The position numbers and the translations under genes were made by a program. The notes beneath the pieces were generated by a model that worked only from the letters and a program-made list of their open reading frames with translations, was not told the origin of the DNA and did not search any database. A stretch of 64,000 nucleotides of DNA from Candidatus Kuenenbacteria bacterium HGW-Kuenenbacteria-1 (GTDB taxonomy: Bacteria; Patescibacteriota; Patescibacteriia; UBA2591; PGYQ01). The DNA lies in the NCBI GenBank assembly GCA_002839745.1, contig PGYQ01000001.1, positions 16,775 to 80,774 on the forward strand. Reading direction: 5' to 3'. This document shows positions 9,309-18,313 of the stretch, one piece after another. Every line of letters begins with the position of its first letter. Position 1 is the stretch's first letter.

Positions 9309-10385
9309 TTATTTTTCCTTGTTTAAACCTGCATAAATTGTTGCGGGAGTTTTAGGATCTATTAATAAAACTTTTACTGCATTTAAAGTAGGTAATTTTT
9401 TAGTGATCCAAGTAATTCCATTATCATTTGTTTTATAAATAGCCCCATTTGTTCCATAATAAATTTCTCTTGAATTTTTAGGATTAACTGCTACAGAATA
9501 AATTTTTACAGTTCCAGGCAAAGATAATAATTTAAAATCTTTCCATGTTTTTCCTCCATCATCGGTTTTTATTAATCCATATGTTGTTGCGAGTAAAAAT
9601 CCTTCTTTTTTGCTTGGATCAAAAGCAATATCAAAAATATTTTTTCCTCCAGCATATTTTTCTAATCCTAAAGTAATGTCTTGCCAATTTTTTCCTTGAT
9701 CCCCAGATCTAAAAATACCCGCATTTACTGTGGTTACATAAAAAATTCGATTATCATAAGGATTTATTAAAATTTTATTTATCTTATTTTTTGTTTCGTT
9801 TTTTTTATTAAAACTTTCTATTGTATTCCAACTTTGTCCTGAATTTAAACTTTGTAAAAGCGCCCCATCGTTTGTTCCTGCATAAATTTTATTAGGATTT
9901 TTCCAATCAATTGCTAAAGATGTAATATATCTTTTATCTTGATTTTCAATAAAAATTTCCTGTAATTTTTTTTCTTGATTAAGTAATTTATAGATTTTAT
10001 TATAATATGCCACATAAATAATATTTTTATTTTTTGGATCAATAGCTATGTCGTTAATTTCCCCTTTTGGAATAAAAATATTATTCCATTCATCTCCTGC
10101 ATTAAAAGTAACAAATAATCCATTTTCTTTGGTTCCTAAATAGATAATTTTAGAATCATCTAAAGAAAAAAACATTTTTGTTAGATTAATCCTGCTAATA
10201 TTTTGTTTTTCTTTTTTATTTTGAGATACTAGAGATGTTTTTTGTTCCCAAGTATTTCCAGCATCAGTTGATTTAAAGATTCCTCCGCTTCCATTTCCGT
10301 TTTTTTCAAAGTTAACTTTAATACACCCCGTCAAAAATAAAGGAATGAACATTAATAAAATAAAAGTAAGTATTTTTTTAAACAT
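9309..10385 (-). CDS. Lipoprotein with BNR/Asp-box (YCF48/VPS10-like) beta-propeller
   Basis: Lipobox LTGC; repeated S.D.G.TW Asp-boxes. Confidence 0.8.
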   Translation of the reverse strand: MFKKILTFILLMFIPLFLTGCIKVNFEKNGNGSGGIFKSTDAGNTWEQKTSLVSQNKKEKQNISRINLTKMFFSLDDSKIIYLGTKENGLFVTFNAGDEWNNIFIPKGEINDIAIDPKNKNIIYVAYYNKIYKLLNQEKKLQEIFIENQDKRYITSLAIDWKNPNKIYAGTNDGALLQSLNSGQSWNTIESFNKKNETKNKINKILINPYDNRIFYVTTVNAGIFRSGDQGKNWQDITLGLEKYAGGKNIFDIAFDPSKKEGFLLATTYGLIKTDDGGKTWKDFKLLSLPGTVKIYSVAVNPKNSREIYYGTNGAIYKTNDNGITWITKKLPTLNAVKVLLIDPKTPATIYAGLNKEK

Positions 10386-10395
10386 AATTTAGAAA

Positions 10396-11373
10396 TTATA
10401 AATTTAAGGTGAAGTTTTCAAAAACTAATTTGGGATTTGCGTTGGTAAATAAATATTCTTTGGATTTTTTTATCTTTTTTAAAATTTGAAGTAATTGATT
10501 TTCGTCATAATTTTGAACCAATTCTTTTAGCTCGTTTTCCAAAAAAGAATGAATAATAAATATGTTTAAGGAATTTTTGATTAAAATTAAATCTCTAATT
10601 ATTAAATCCCATTGAGACAGAATATTTTGTAAAATTTTTATATTTTCTAAAAATTCATTTTTAGTAGATAGGGTTTTTTCAATAATTTGAAATTTCTCAT
10701 TTAAATTTTTTTGCGGAAAATTAATAAATTCTCGAATTTGTTTTTTATGTTCTTCTAATAAATTTTGATTTTGAAAAAAAGTAATTGCTAAACCAGGTTT
10801 ATTTATTGAAATTTTTGCTAATTCTAAAGCTTGATTAGCCTCTAAATTAAATTGTTTTTCAAAATAATTGACAATATCTTTTGTTGCAACTGGTAGAAAT
10901 TTTAAAATTTGTGTTCGAGAAATAATTGTTTTGGGAAGTAAATTTGTATTTTCGGCAATCAAAATAAAAATTGTTTTTGGATTTGGTTCTTCTAAAGATT
11001 TAAGAAGACAATTAGCTGCTCCTAAACTTAAAGTTTCGGCTTGATTAATAAGAATAATTTTATATGATCCATGAAAAGAATGTCTAATTAATTTTTCTTG
11101 TAAAAAACGAATTTGTTCAATGGTAATATTTTTTTTATCTTTTTCTTTATTTATAAAATAAACATCCGGATGAGTATTTTTTTCTAAATTTAGACAATGG
11201 ATACATTTTTTGCATTTTTTTTCACATAATATTTCAGATAAAAAATTTTTAGCAATTGTAGTTTTTCCTAAATGCGCTGGACCGCAAAACAAATAAGCAT
11301 GATTTAATTTATCATTTTTAATGCTTTTTTGCAAGAAATAAATAATTTTTTCATGCCCAATGATTGAATTCAT
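10396..11373 (-). CDS. holB: DNA polymerase III subunit delta-prime
   Basis: HAYLFCGP..LGK, C..C..C, HPD, AAN.LLKSLEEP, TIISR. Confidence 0.9.
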   Translation of the reverse strand: MNSIIGHEKIIYFLQKSIKNDKLNHAYLFCGPAHLGKTTIAKNFLSEILCEKKCKKCIHCLNLEKNTHPDVYFINKEKDKKNITIEQIRFLQEKLIRHSFHGSYKIILINQAETLSLGAANCLLKSLEEPNPKTIFILIAENTNLLPKTIISRTQILKFLPVATKDIVNYFEKQFNLEANQALELAKISINKPGLAITFFQNQNLLEEHKKQIREFINFPQKNLNEKFQIIEKTLSTKNEFLENIKILQNILSQWDLIIRDLILIKNSLNIFIIHSFLENELKELVQNYDENQLLQILKKIKKSKEYLFTNANPKLVFENFTLNL

Positions 11374-11379
11374 ATAATT

Positions 11380-12387
11380 TTACTTCGTCGCTAAAATGGC
11401 TCTTTTGTATGATTCTAAGTTTTCTAAAGCGATGCCTGTGCCACGCACGACACAAAGTAGAGCATCATCGGCAACATAAACTGGCACATCAATAGCGCGA
11501 GAAAGAAGTTTATCCATATTTCTTAAAAGAGAACTTCCGCCAGACAAAACAATACCTTTATCAATAACATCTGCGGATAATTCAGGAGGTGTGTCAAAAA
11601 GAACAGATTTCACAGCATTAATAATTTCTGTTAATTCATCTTGAATAGCTACTGTTGCATCATCTGAAGTAATTGTTATGGTTTTAGGTAAACCAGAAAT
11701 TGTATCTCTGCCACGAATTTTCATTTTCAATTTTTCTTCTAAAAATAAAGCTGAACCAATTTGAATTTTAATATTTTCGGTTGTGCGTTCACCAATTGCT
11801 AAATTATATTTTTTTCGAGTATATTCAGCAATTGCGCTATCAAATTTATTTCCACCTAATCGTACTGAAGCATTGGTAACAATGCCACCTAAAGAAATAA
11901 CCGCAATTTCGCTTGTTCCTCCGCCCATATCAACAATCATATGTCCCGAAGCATTGCCAATAGGAATATTTGCGCCAATGGCGGCCGCAATTGGTTCTTT
12001 AATAACATACGCTGCTTTTGCCCCACCAATTAATGTAGCGTCAATTACTGCCCGACGTTCAGTAGAAGTAATTCCAGCTGGTACAGCAACCATTACTTCT
12101 GGTCTAAAAAAATGAATTCCTCCCAAAGCTTTATTAATAAAATATCGCAACATTGCTTCAGTGGTTCTATAATCAGCAATTACCCCGTCTTTGAGAGGCT
12201 TACAAGCAATAATACTATCAGGTGTTCGACCCAACATTTCCTTTGCTTCATCTCCTACAGCTAAAACCTTTTTATCAAAAACAGAAATAGCAACTACAGA
12301 AGGCTCATTAATAACAATTCCTTTTCCTGGAACATAAACCAAAGTATTTGCTGTTCCTAAATCAATGCCAATTTTTTTTATAAACAT
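11380..12387 (-). CDS. mreB: Rod shape-determining protein MreB/Mbl
   Basis: IGIDLGTANT, EPSVVA, DMGGGT, GIVLSGG. Confidence 0.95.
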   Translation of the reverse strand: MFIKKIGIDLGTANTLVYVPGKGIVINEPSVVAISVFDKKVLAVGDEAKEMLGRTPDSIIACKPLKDGVIADYRTTEAMLRYFINKALGGIHFFRPEVMVAVPAGITSTERRAVIDATLIGGAKAAYVIKEPIAAAIGANIPIGNASGHMIVDMGGGTSEIAVISLGGIVTNASVRLGGNKFDSAIAEYTRKKYNLAIGERTTENIKIQIGSALFLEEKLKMKIRGRDTISGLPKTITITSDDATVAIQDELTEIINAVKSVLFDTPPELSADVIDKGIVLSGGSSLLRNMDKLLSRAIDVPVYVADDALLCVVRGTGIALENLESYKRAILATK

Positions 12388-12603
12388 AAGATAGAATTTT
12401 TTAAATTTTAAATTTTAAATTATAAAAACGAAAAATATAACTATATATAACATAACTTATTTAATCTATCAAGATAAAAACATTTTAAAATAAATAGATT
12501 ATTAAAATTTGCTTTGTAATTATGTTTATAGTATAATTTTATTAAGAGATTAGGTTTTAAAAATTTAAAATTGTAAAAATTCTCTCTTAATTTTATTTAT
12601 TCT

Positions 12604-14781
12604 ATGTTTAATGCAAAAGATTCTAAAAATAATATTCAAGTTGCGAGTTTTTTAATTAATGATCCCAAATTAACTGAAATATGGGGAAATGTTTATATTG
12701 TTGAGCCTTCAAATGAACGAGAAAGAAAAAGGGGGCAATTAATAATTTTAGCCGCTCTTTCTGATTTTTCTTCTCAAAATCCTCAAAAAGAAATTATTGA
12801 GCGTATTATTAAAGAAATTCAAACTAATTATTATAGTTCAAACATAAACAAAGAAGAGTTAAACATTGAAGAAATATTTGAAGCAACTCTTCAAAAAGCT
12901 AATCAAGAATTTGCTAAAATAATAAGAGTGAGTCAAAGTAATTGGTTCAAAAAAATAAATATATTGGTTGCTGTGGTTAAAAATGAGTTTATTTATTTTG
13001 CTCAAATAGGATCGCTTTTTTCAGCTTTTTTAATTTATGAAGATAAAATAATTGATATTATTGAAAAAGTTAGAGTAAATAATATTTCTATTAATCCTTT
13101 AAAATTATTTTCTTCTATTACTAATGGTTCAATTAGCACTAATAATAATATTTTTTTTACTTCTTCCGGAATTTTTGATTTAATTAGTTCGGAAAAAATA
13201 AAAAAAATTATAAATAATTGGGAAGCTAATTCAGCTATTTCAAAATTTCAAAATCTTCTTAGTAATTCAAAAATTAAAAATATTTTAGCCGGAGTAATAA
13301 TTAAAAATGTTTCATCTGATAAAAAAAATATAATAGAAAATATTGAATTAATTCCAACCAATAATCCTTTATTTGATTTAGCTAAACAAAAAGAAAAAAC
13401 AGATAGAATTCTTAGAGCTTCATTTTTTTCTAAAATTCAAAAAAAATTGTTAAATTTATTTTCTCATTGCATTTCTTGTTTATTTTATTTTTTTAAAAAA
13501 ATATTTATTCATTCAAAAAGAAAATTCTATATACAAAACAGGATTGATTCGTCAGTTAAAAGACAAGAAATACCTAAAGAAATTTCTAATATTTCAACTT
13601 TTCCAAAGAAAAGAAATCTATTATTTATTAGTCATTCTCCTTTTGTGTTAAAATGGATAAATAAATTTAGATCCCTTTCTTATTTTAGTAAAATATTATT
13701 TATTATTTTTTTAATTTTGGCTTTATTTTTTATATCTAGTCTTATTTGGTTAGCTAGAAAACAAAGCAATGACAATGAAATTAAAAAAAATAATCAATTA
13801 ATTGAAAAGATAGAAAATAAACAAAACGCCGTGGGCGCTGCTTTAATTTATAAAGACGAGGAAAAAGCAAAAAAGAATTTAGAAGAAATTTTAAAATTAT
13901 CTAAAGAATTACCAAAAGATTCTCCAGAAAATTTAGCAAAACTTCAAAAAATTCAAAAAGAAACAGAAATTCAGTTAAATAAATTAAGAAATATTATTAG
14001 CATTGATAATCCTTTGATAATTGCTGATTTAAATCTTTTGGATTTTAAAAATAAAAATTTTAATTTAGTTCTTTTAAATCAACAACTTTATTTTTATAAT
14101 CAAGATAATTCAATTTTTAAATTTGATTCTAAAGAAAAAAAGATTTTTTTTGTTTTTAATAATTTGCAGGAAAATAAACAATTTGAAAACGCAAAACAAT
14201 ATGATAAAAATTCTATTTTATTTTACTATAACACTAATGAATTAGCCAAATTTAATGTTTTAAATAAAGATTTAAAATTAATGGGAATTAAATTACCCAT
14301 TAAAACTAATAAAATTAAAGATTTTGTTGTTTATTCTCAAAAAATTTATTCATTAGATTCAGAAAATAATCAAATTTATAAATACAATTCAACTCAAACT
14401 GAAAAAAGTAATTGGATTAAAGATGAACAAATTAATTTAAATGAAGGAGTTTCATTGGCGATTGATGGTTCTATCTATGTTTTAAAATCTAATGGAGAAA
14501 TTTTAAAATTTCTTCAAGGGAAAAAACAAGAGTTTGCTTTAAAAAATCTTGAACCAGCATTAGAAAATCCAACTAAAATTTGGACGGATTTTAATTCTAA
14601 ATACATTTATATTTTAGAACCATCAACTAAAAGAATAATAATTTCTGATAAACAAGGCAAGGTTCAAAAACAATATACTTCTGAAAAATTTATCAAATTG
14701 CAAAATTTTGTTGTTGATGAAGAAAAAAATAAACTTTATATTCTTGCTGATAATAAAGTTTATGAGTTGAAGATTGAATAA
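12604..14781 (+). CDS. Hypothetical membrane protein (degenerate PP2C-like N-terminus, TM helix, C-terminal beta-propeller-like region)
   Basis: 725-aa ORF; TM near aa 362-385; LAIDGSIYVL and NHL-like repeats; domain calls are inference. Confidence 0.6.
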   Translation: MFNAKDSKNNIQVASFLINDPKLTEIWGNVYIVEPSNERERKRGQLIILAALSDFSSQNPQKEIIERIIKEIQTNYYSSNINKEELNIEEIFEATLQKANQEFAKIIRVSQSNWFKKINILVAVVKNEFIYFAQIGSLFSAFLIYEDKIIDIIEKVRVNNISINPLKLFSSITNGSISTNNNIFFTSSGIFDLISSEKIKKIINNWEANSAISKFQNLLSNSKIKNILAGVIIKNVSSDKKNIIENIELIPTNNPLFDLAKQKEKTDRILRASFFSKIQKKLLNLFSHCISCLFYFFKKIFIHSKRKFYIQNRIDSSVKRQEIPKEISNISTFPKKRNLLFISHSPFVLKWINKFRSLSYFSKILFIIFLILALFFISSLIWLARKQSNDNEIKKNNQLIEKIENKQNAVGAALIYKDEEKAKKNLEEILKLSKELPKDSPENLAKLQKIQKETEIQLNKLRNIISIDNPLIIADLNLLDFKNKNFNLVLLNQQLYFYNQDNSIFKFDSKEKKIFFVFNNLQENKQFENAKQYDKNSILFYYNTNELAKFNVLNKDLKLMGIKLPIKTNKIKDFVVYSQKIYSLDSENNQIYKYNSTQTEKSNWIKDEQINLNEGVSLAIDGSIYVLKSNGEILKFLQGKKQEFALKNLEPALENPTKIWTDFNSKYIYILEPSTKRIIISDKQGKVQKQYTSEKFIKLQNFVVDEEKNKLYILADNKVYELKIE

Positions 14782-14854
14782 TAGAAACAAAAAAACAAAA
14801 AAACAAAGAAACACGAAAACTTAAAAAATTATGAATTTTGAATTAATTTTTTTC

Positions 14855-14942
14855 TGTCATTCCCTCGTAGGCGGGAATCTAGATTAAGATTTTTTTCTAG
14901 ATCCCCGGGTCTCGTCCTCAGAGGACTCGCCCGAGGATGACA
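14855..14942. repeat. dRS3/RPE-like palindromic miniature element
   Basis: TGTCATTCCC-N8-GGGAAT at the left end, terminal inverted TGTCAT/ATGACA, internal hairpins. Confidence 0.7.
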
Positions 14943-14953
14943 AAGAATTTTTT

Positions 14954-15029
14954 GCGGGTGTAGCTCAATTGGTAGAGCGCTGGTCTCCAAAACCAGAGGT
15001 TCCAGGTTCAAGTCCTGGCTCCCGTGCCA
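14954..15029 (+). tRNA. tRNA-Trp(CCA)
   Basis: Anticodon arm CTGGT-CTCCAAA-ACCAG, T-arm CCAGG-TTCAAGT-CCTGG, encoded CCA. Confidence 0.94.
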
Positions 15030-15063
15030 AAATAATTTTATTTATTTTTTTAATATTTTTTTT

Positions 15064-15675
15064 ATGACAATAGAACATCCGAAAAAAGAAAGAACGCTGG
15101 TTATTATTAAGCCAGATGGCGTTCAACGATCATTAATGGGCGAAATTATTAATCGTTATGAAAGAGTTGGGCTTAAATTAGTAGCTATAAAAATGCTTAT
15201 TCCAAACGTTGAACATATAGAAAAACATTATACCTTGGATCCAAATTGGCGAAGAATTACGGGAGAAAAAACAATAAAAGGATATATAGCTAAAGGGTTA
15301 ACGCCACCATCCGAAGATCCATTTGAAATTACGGCCGTGATTTTAAAAAATTTAAAAACATATATGTCTAGCGGACCAGTAATTGCAATGGTTTGGCAAG
15401 GAGCTCATGTAGTTCAAATTATAAGAAAATTAACTGGCGGAACTGAACCTTTGACATGTGATGTAGGAACAATTCGTGGAGATTTTGTTTTGGATTCATA
15501 TCAAATGACTGATGCTGATGGGCGAGCAATTAGAAATTTAATTCATGCGTCTGGAACAGTGGGAGAAGCCGAAACTGAAATTAATCATTGGTTTAAAAAA
15601 GAAGAAATTATGGATTATCGTTTAGTACAAGAACAAATTTTATATGATGTTAATTTAGATGGGATTAAAGAATAA
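15064..15675 (+). CDS. ndk: Nucleoside diphosphate kinase
   Basis: ERTLVIIKPDGVQR, SGPV, GTIRGDF, NLIHAS with the catalytic His. Confidence 0.93.
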   Translation: MTIEHPKKERTLVIIKPDGVQRSLMGEIINRYERVGLKLVAIKMLIPNVEHIEKHYTLDPNWRRITGEKTIKGYIAKGLTPPSEDPFEITAVILKNLKTYMSSGPVIAMVWQGAHVVQIIRKLTGGTEPLTCDVGTIRGDFVLDSYQMTDADGRAIRNLIHASGTVGEAETEINHWFKKEEIMDYRLVQEQILYDVNLDGIKE

Positions 15676-15679
15676 ATTT

Positions 15680-18310
15680 ATGTTTAAAAAAGAAAATAAA
15701 ATAATTGATTTAAGCGCTGAAAGAAAAAAAAGAGAAAAAGAAATAGAAGAAGCAAGAAAAAAAATGAATTTTGGGAATAATTTAAAAGTTGAAATTATAA
15801 AAGAAAAAATTGAAAAAATTTCAAAAAAATCTAAATTGAAAGAGTTTTTTAATTTAATTGGATTTTTAAAAATTAAACGAAAACAAATTAAAGAAAAAAA
15901 ATTAGAACAAAAAGTATCTGAAAAAAATGAACCAATTATAAGAGATCAATCTAAAAAATTACAATTGCTATTAAAACTTTGTAATTCTTTTATTTCAGTG
16001 CCTATTTATCTTTTGGTTTTTTTTATTCCTTTATTTTTTCTTCCTTTTACTTTTGAAATTTTTGAATTTAATAAACAATATTTACTTTGGTTTTTAGTAA
16101 CAATAGCTCTAATAGCTTGGTTAATTAAAATGGCGATTATAAAAAAAGGATTTAAATTTTTGAGAAATCCTTTAAATATTCCTGTTTTAATTTTAATGAT
16201 AATTTTTGCTTTGGCTACTTTTTTTAGTTTAGATAGATATTCTTCAATTTGGGGAGTTTATGGTTGGTTTTCGGGAAATCTTTTAGAGATATTAAGTTTG
16301 GGGATGCTATTTTTTATCATAATTAATAATATTAATGAAACCAATTTAACTATTAATCGTTTAAAGAATGTTTTTTTATGCTCTGGATTTTTTGTTATTT
16401 TAATTAGTTGTCTTTCAATTTTTGGTTTTCTTTCAAAAGGAATAGCGCAAATTTCTTGGTTAAATAATTTCGTATCTGAAATTAATTTATCTAATTTTAA
16501 TTCAATCGGTTCATGGGAAACTTTGAGTATTTATTTAGTAATAATTATTATTTTGATTTTAGGGAAAAAACCGCAAAATTTATTATTTATTATTAATAAT
16601 TACTCATTACTTGTTATTTGTTGTTTATTACTTATAGGAATTAATTTTACTTTGGCATGGATTGTTTTATCAATTACCATAGGATTATTTTTTGTTTTTA
16701 AAATAGTAAAAAAAACAGAAAAAGAAAATAGTTTTAAAATTTATTTAATTAGTATTATTTTTATTATTGCTTTTATTTCTATTTTTTATCCATTAAATAA
16801 ATTTATTAAAATAGATTTAAATAAAGAAGTAAGATTAGAAAATAAAATTAGTTGGCAAATTACTGCTGACACAATAAAGCATCATCCAATTTTAGGCACA
16901 GGCCCAAGCACTTTTATTTATAATTTTTCTAAATATCATTCAGCAGAATTTAATCAAAATAAAAATTGGCAAATTCGTTTTGGAAAAAGTGGAAATTATA
17001 TTTCAGAATTAATAGTAAGTATTGGAATTTTGGGAATTTTGGTTTATTTAATTTTAATGGGAATTTTGTTTAAAAATATTTTTCGTTTACCATTTACCAT
17101 TTATTGTTTTCCGGTATTTTCTCTTTTTATTGCTCAATTTTTTTATCAAGGGAACACGGTTTTAAATTTTTGTTTTTGGTTTTTTCTTAGTCTTTTAATA
17201 GCTGATTATAGAGAAATAAAACCAGAAATTTTTAAATATCAAAAAATTGGATATAAAATTTTAAAAAATGTTCCAGAATTTTCTATTATTTTAAATTTAG
17301 TTATTATTTTAATTTTTTTTATTTTAATAGGAGGAGGTTATTTTGCTGTTCAAAAATATAAAGCAGAAGTGTTAATAAAATATGGGTTAAAATCAAAACA
17401 ACCGATGGAAAATTTTTATGAACAAAAAATTGAAATTTTAAAACAAGCTTTAATTTTAAATAGCGAACAAGTGTATTATCAAATAAATTTAATTCAAGCT
17501 TATTTAGATAAAATTTCAAACGAATCTCTAATTTTAAAAAATCAACAGTCTTATGAAAAAATGAAAGAAACAGTTAGTTTAGGAATTGATCAAATTAAAA
17601 AAGTTCAAAAAATAGCTCCATTTAATATAGAAACAGCAGAAGTTCAAGGGCGGTTTTATAAAGATATTGAAACAATGACAGAAGGAACAATTCCTTTGGC
17701 AATAGAAGGAGTAATCAAGGCTATAGAATTAGAACCCAATAGTCCTGTTTTACATTTAGAATTAGGGAAAATGTATGCAGATTTGGCGGAAAAAAATAAA
17801 GAAAAAGATTTAGAAAAAGAATCTCAAAAAACTATTTTAGAAAAAGAATCTTTTATAGAAAAAATAAAAAAAATGAGTTCATCTGAGTTAATTGCGTTAG
17901 CACAAAAAGAATTTCAAAAAGCTTTAGAATTAAAAAAGAATTTTTGGCCAGCTGAATTATATTTATCTCTTTCTTATGAAAAACAAGGAGACGTCAAAAA
18001 AGCCATTTCTGGTTTAGAAAAAATAACAATAGACTTGGATAAGGAAAAAAAAATTGAACCAATTGTTCTTTTTGAATTAGGTAGACTTTATTTTAATCAA
18101 GAAAAAACAGACGAGGCGATTAAAATATTTCAAATAGCTATTCAAATTTCACCTAATTATTCCAACGCTCTTTATGGTTTAGCAATCGCTTATGAGAAAA
18201 AAGAACTTTACGATCAAGCATCACAAATTTTTCTAAAACTTCAAGAATTAAATCCAAATAACAAAGGAATAGAAAGAAAACTTTTAGAATTAAAAGCAAA
18301 AAATAATTAA
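15680..18310 (+). CDS. O-antigen ligase/oligosaccharyltransferase-like multi-pass membrane protein with C-terminal TPRs
   Basis: Many TM helices, HPILGTGP motif, TPR repeats near the C-terminus; start at 15680 or 15659. Confidence 0.75.
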   Translation: MFKKENKIIDLSAERKKREKEIEEARKKMNFGNNLKVEIIKEKIEKISKKSKLKEFFNLIGFLKIKRKQIKEKKLEQKVSEKNEPIIRDQSKKLQLLLKLCNSFISVPIYLLVFFIPLFFLPFTFEIFEFNKQYLLWFLVTIALIAWLIKMAIIKKGFKFLRNPLNIPVLILMIIFALATFFSLDRYSSIWGVYGWFSGNLLEILSLGMLFFIIINNINETNLTINRLKNVFLCSGFFVILISCLSIFGFLSKGIAQISWLNNFVSEINLSNFNSIGSWETLSIYLVIIIILILGKKPQNLLFIINNYSLLVICCLLLIGINFTLAWIVLSITIGLFFVFKIVKKTEKENSFKIYLISIIFIIAFISIFYPLNKFIKIDLNKEVRLENKISWQITADTIKHHPILGTGPSTFIYNFSKYHSAEFNQNKNWQIRFGKSGNYISELIVSIGILGILVYLILMGILFKNIFRLPFTIYCFPVFSLFIAQFFYQGNTVLNFCFWFFLSLLIADYREIKPEIFKYQKIGYKILKNVPEFSIILNLVIILIFFILIGGGYFAVQKYKAEVLIKYGLKSKQPMENFYEQKIEILKQALILNSEQVYYQINLIQAYLDKISNESLILKNQQSYEKMKETVSLGIDQIKKVQKIAPFNIETAEVQGRFYKDIETMTEGTIPLAIEGVIKAIELEPNSPVLHLELGKMYADLAEKNKEKDLEKESQKTILEKESFIEKIKKMSSSELIALAQKEFQKALELKKNFWPAELYLSLSYEKQGDVKKAISGLEKITIDLDKEKKIEPIVLFELGRLYFNQEKTDEAIKIFQIAIQISPNYSNALYGLAIAYEKKELYDQASQIFLKLQELNPNNKGIERKLLELKAKNN

Positions 18311-18313
18311 AAT

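Noticed and set aside
14829-15011. 60-aa minus-strand ORF, and similar ORFs at 56049-56249 and 56057-56242
   Set aside because: Shadow translations of tRNA genes and palindromic repeats
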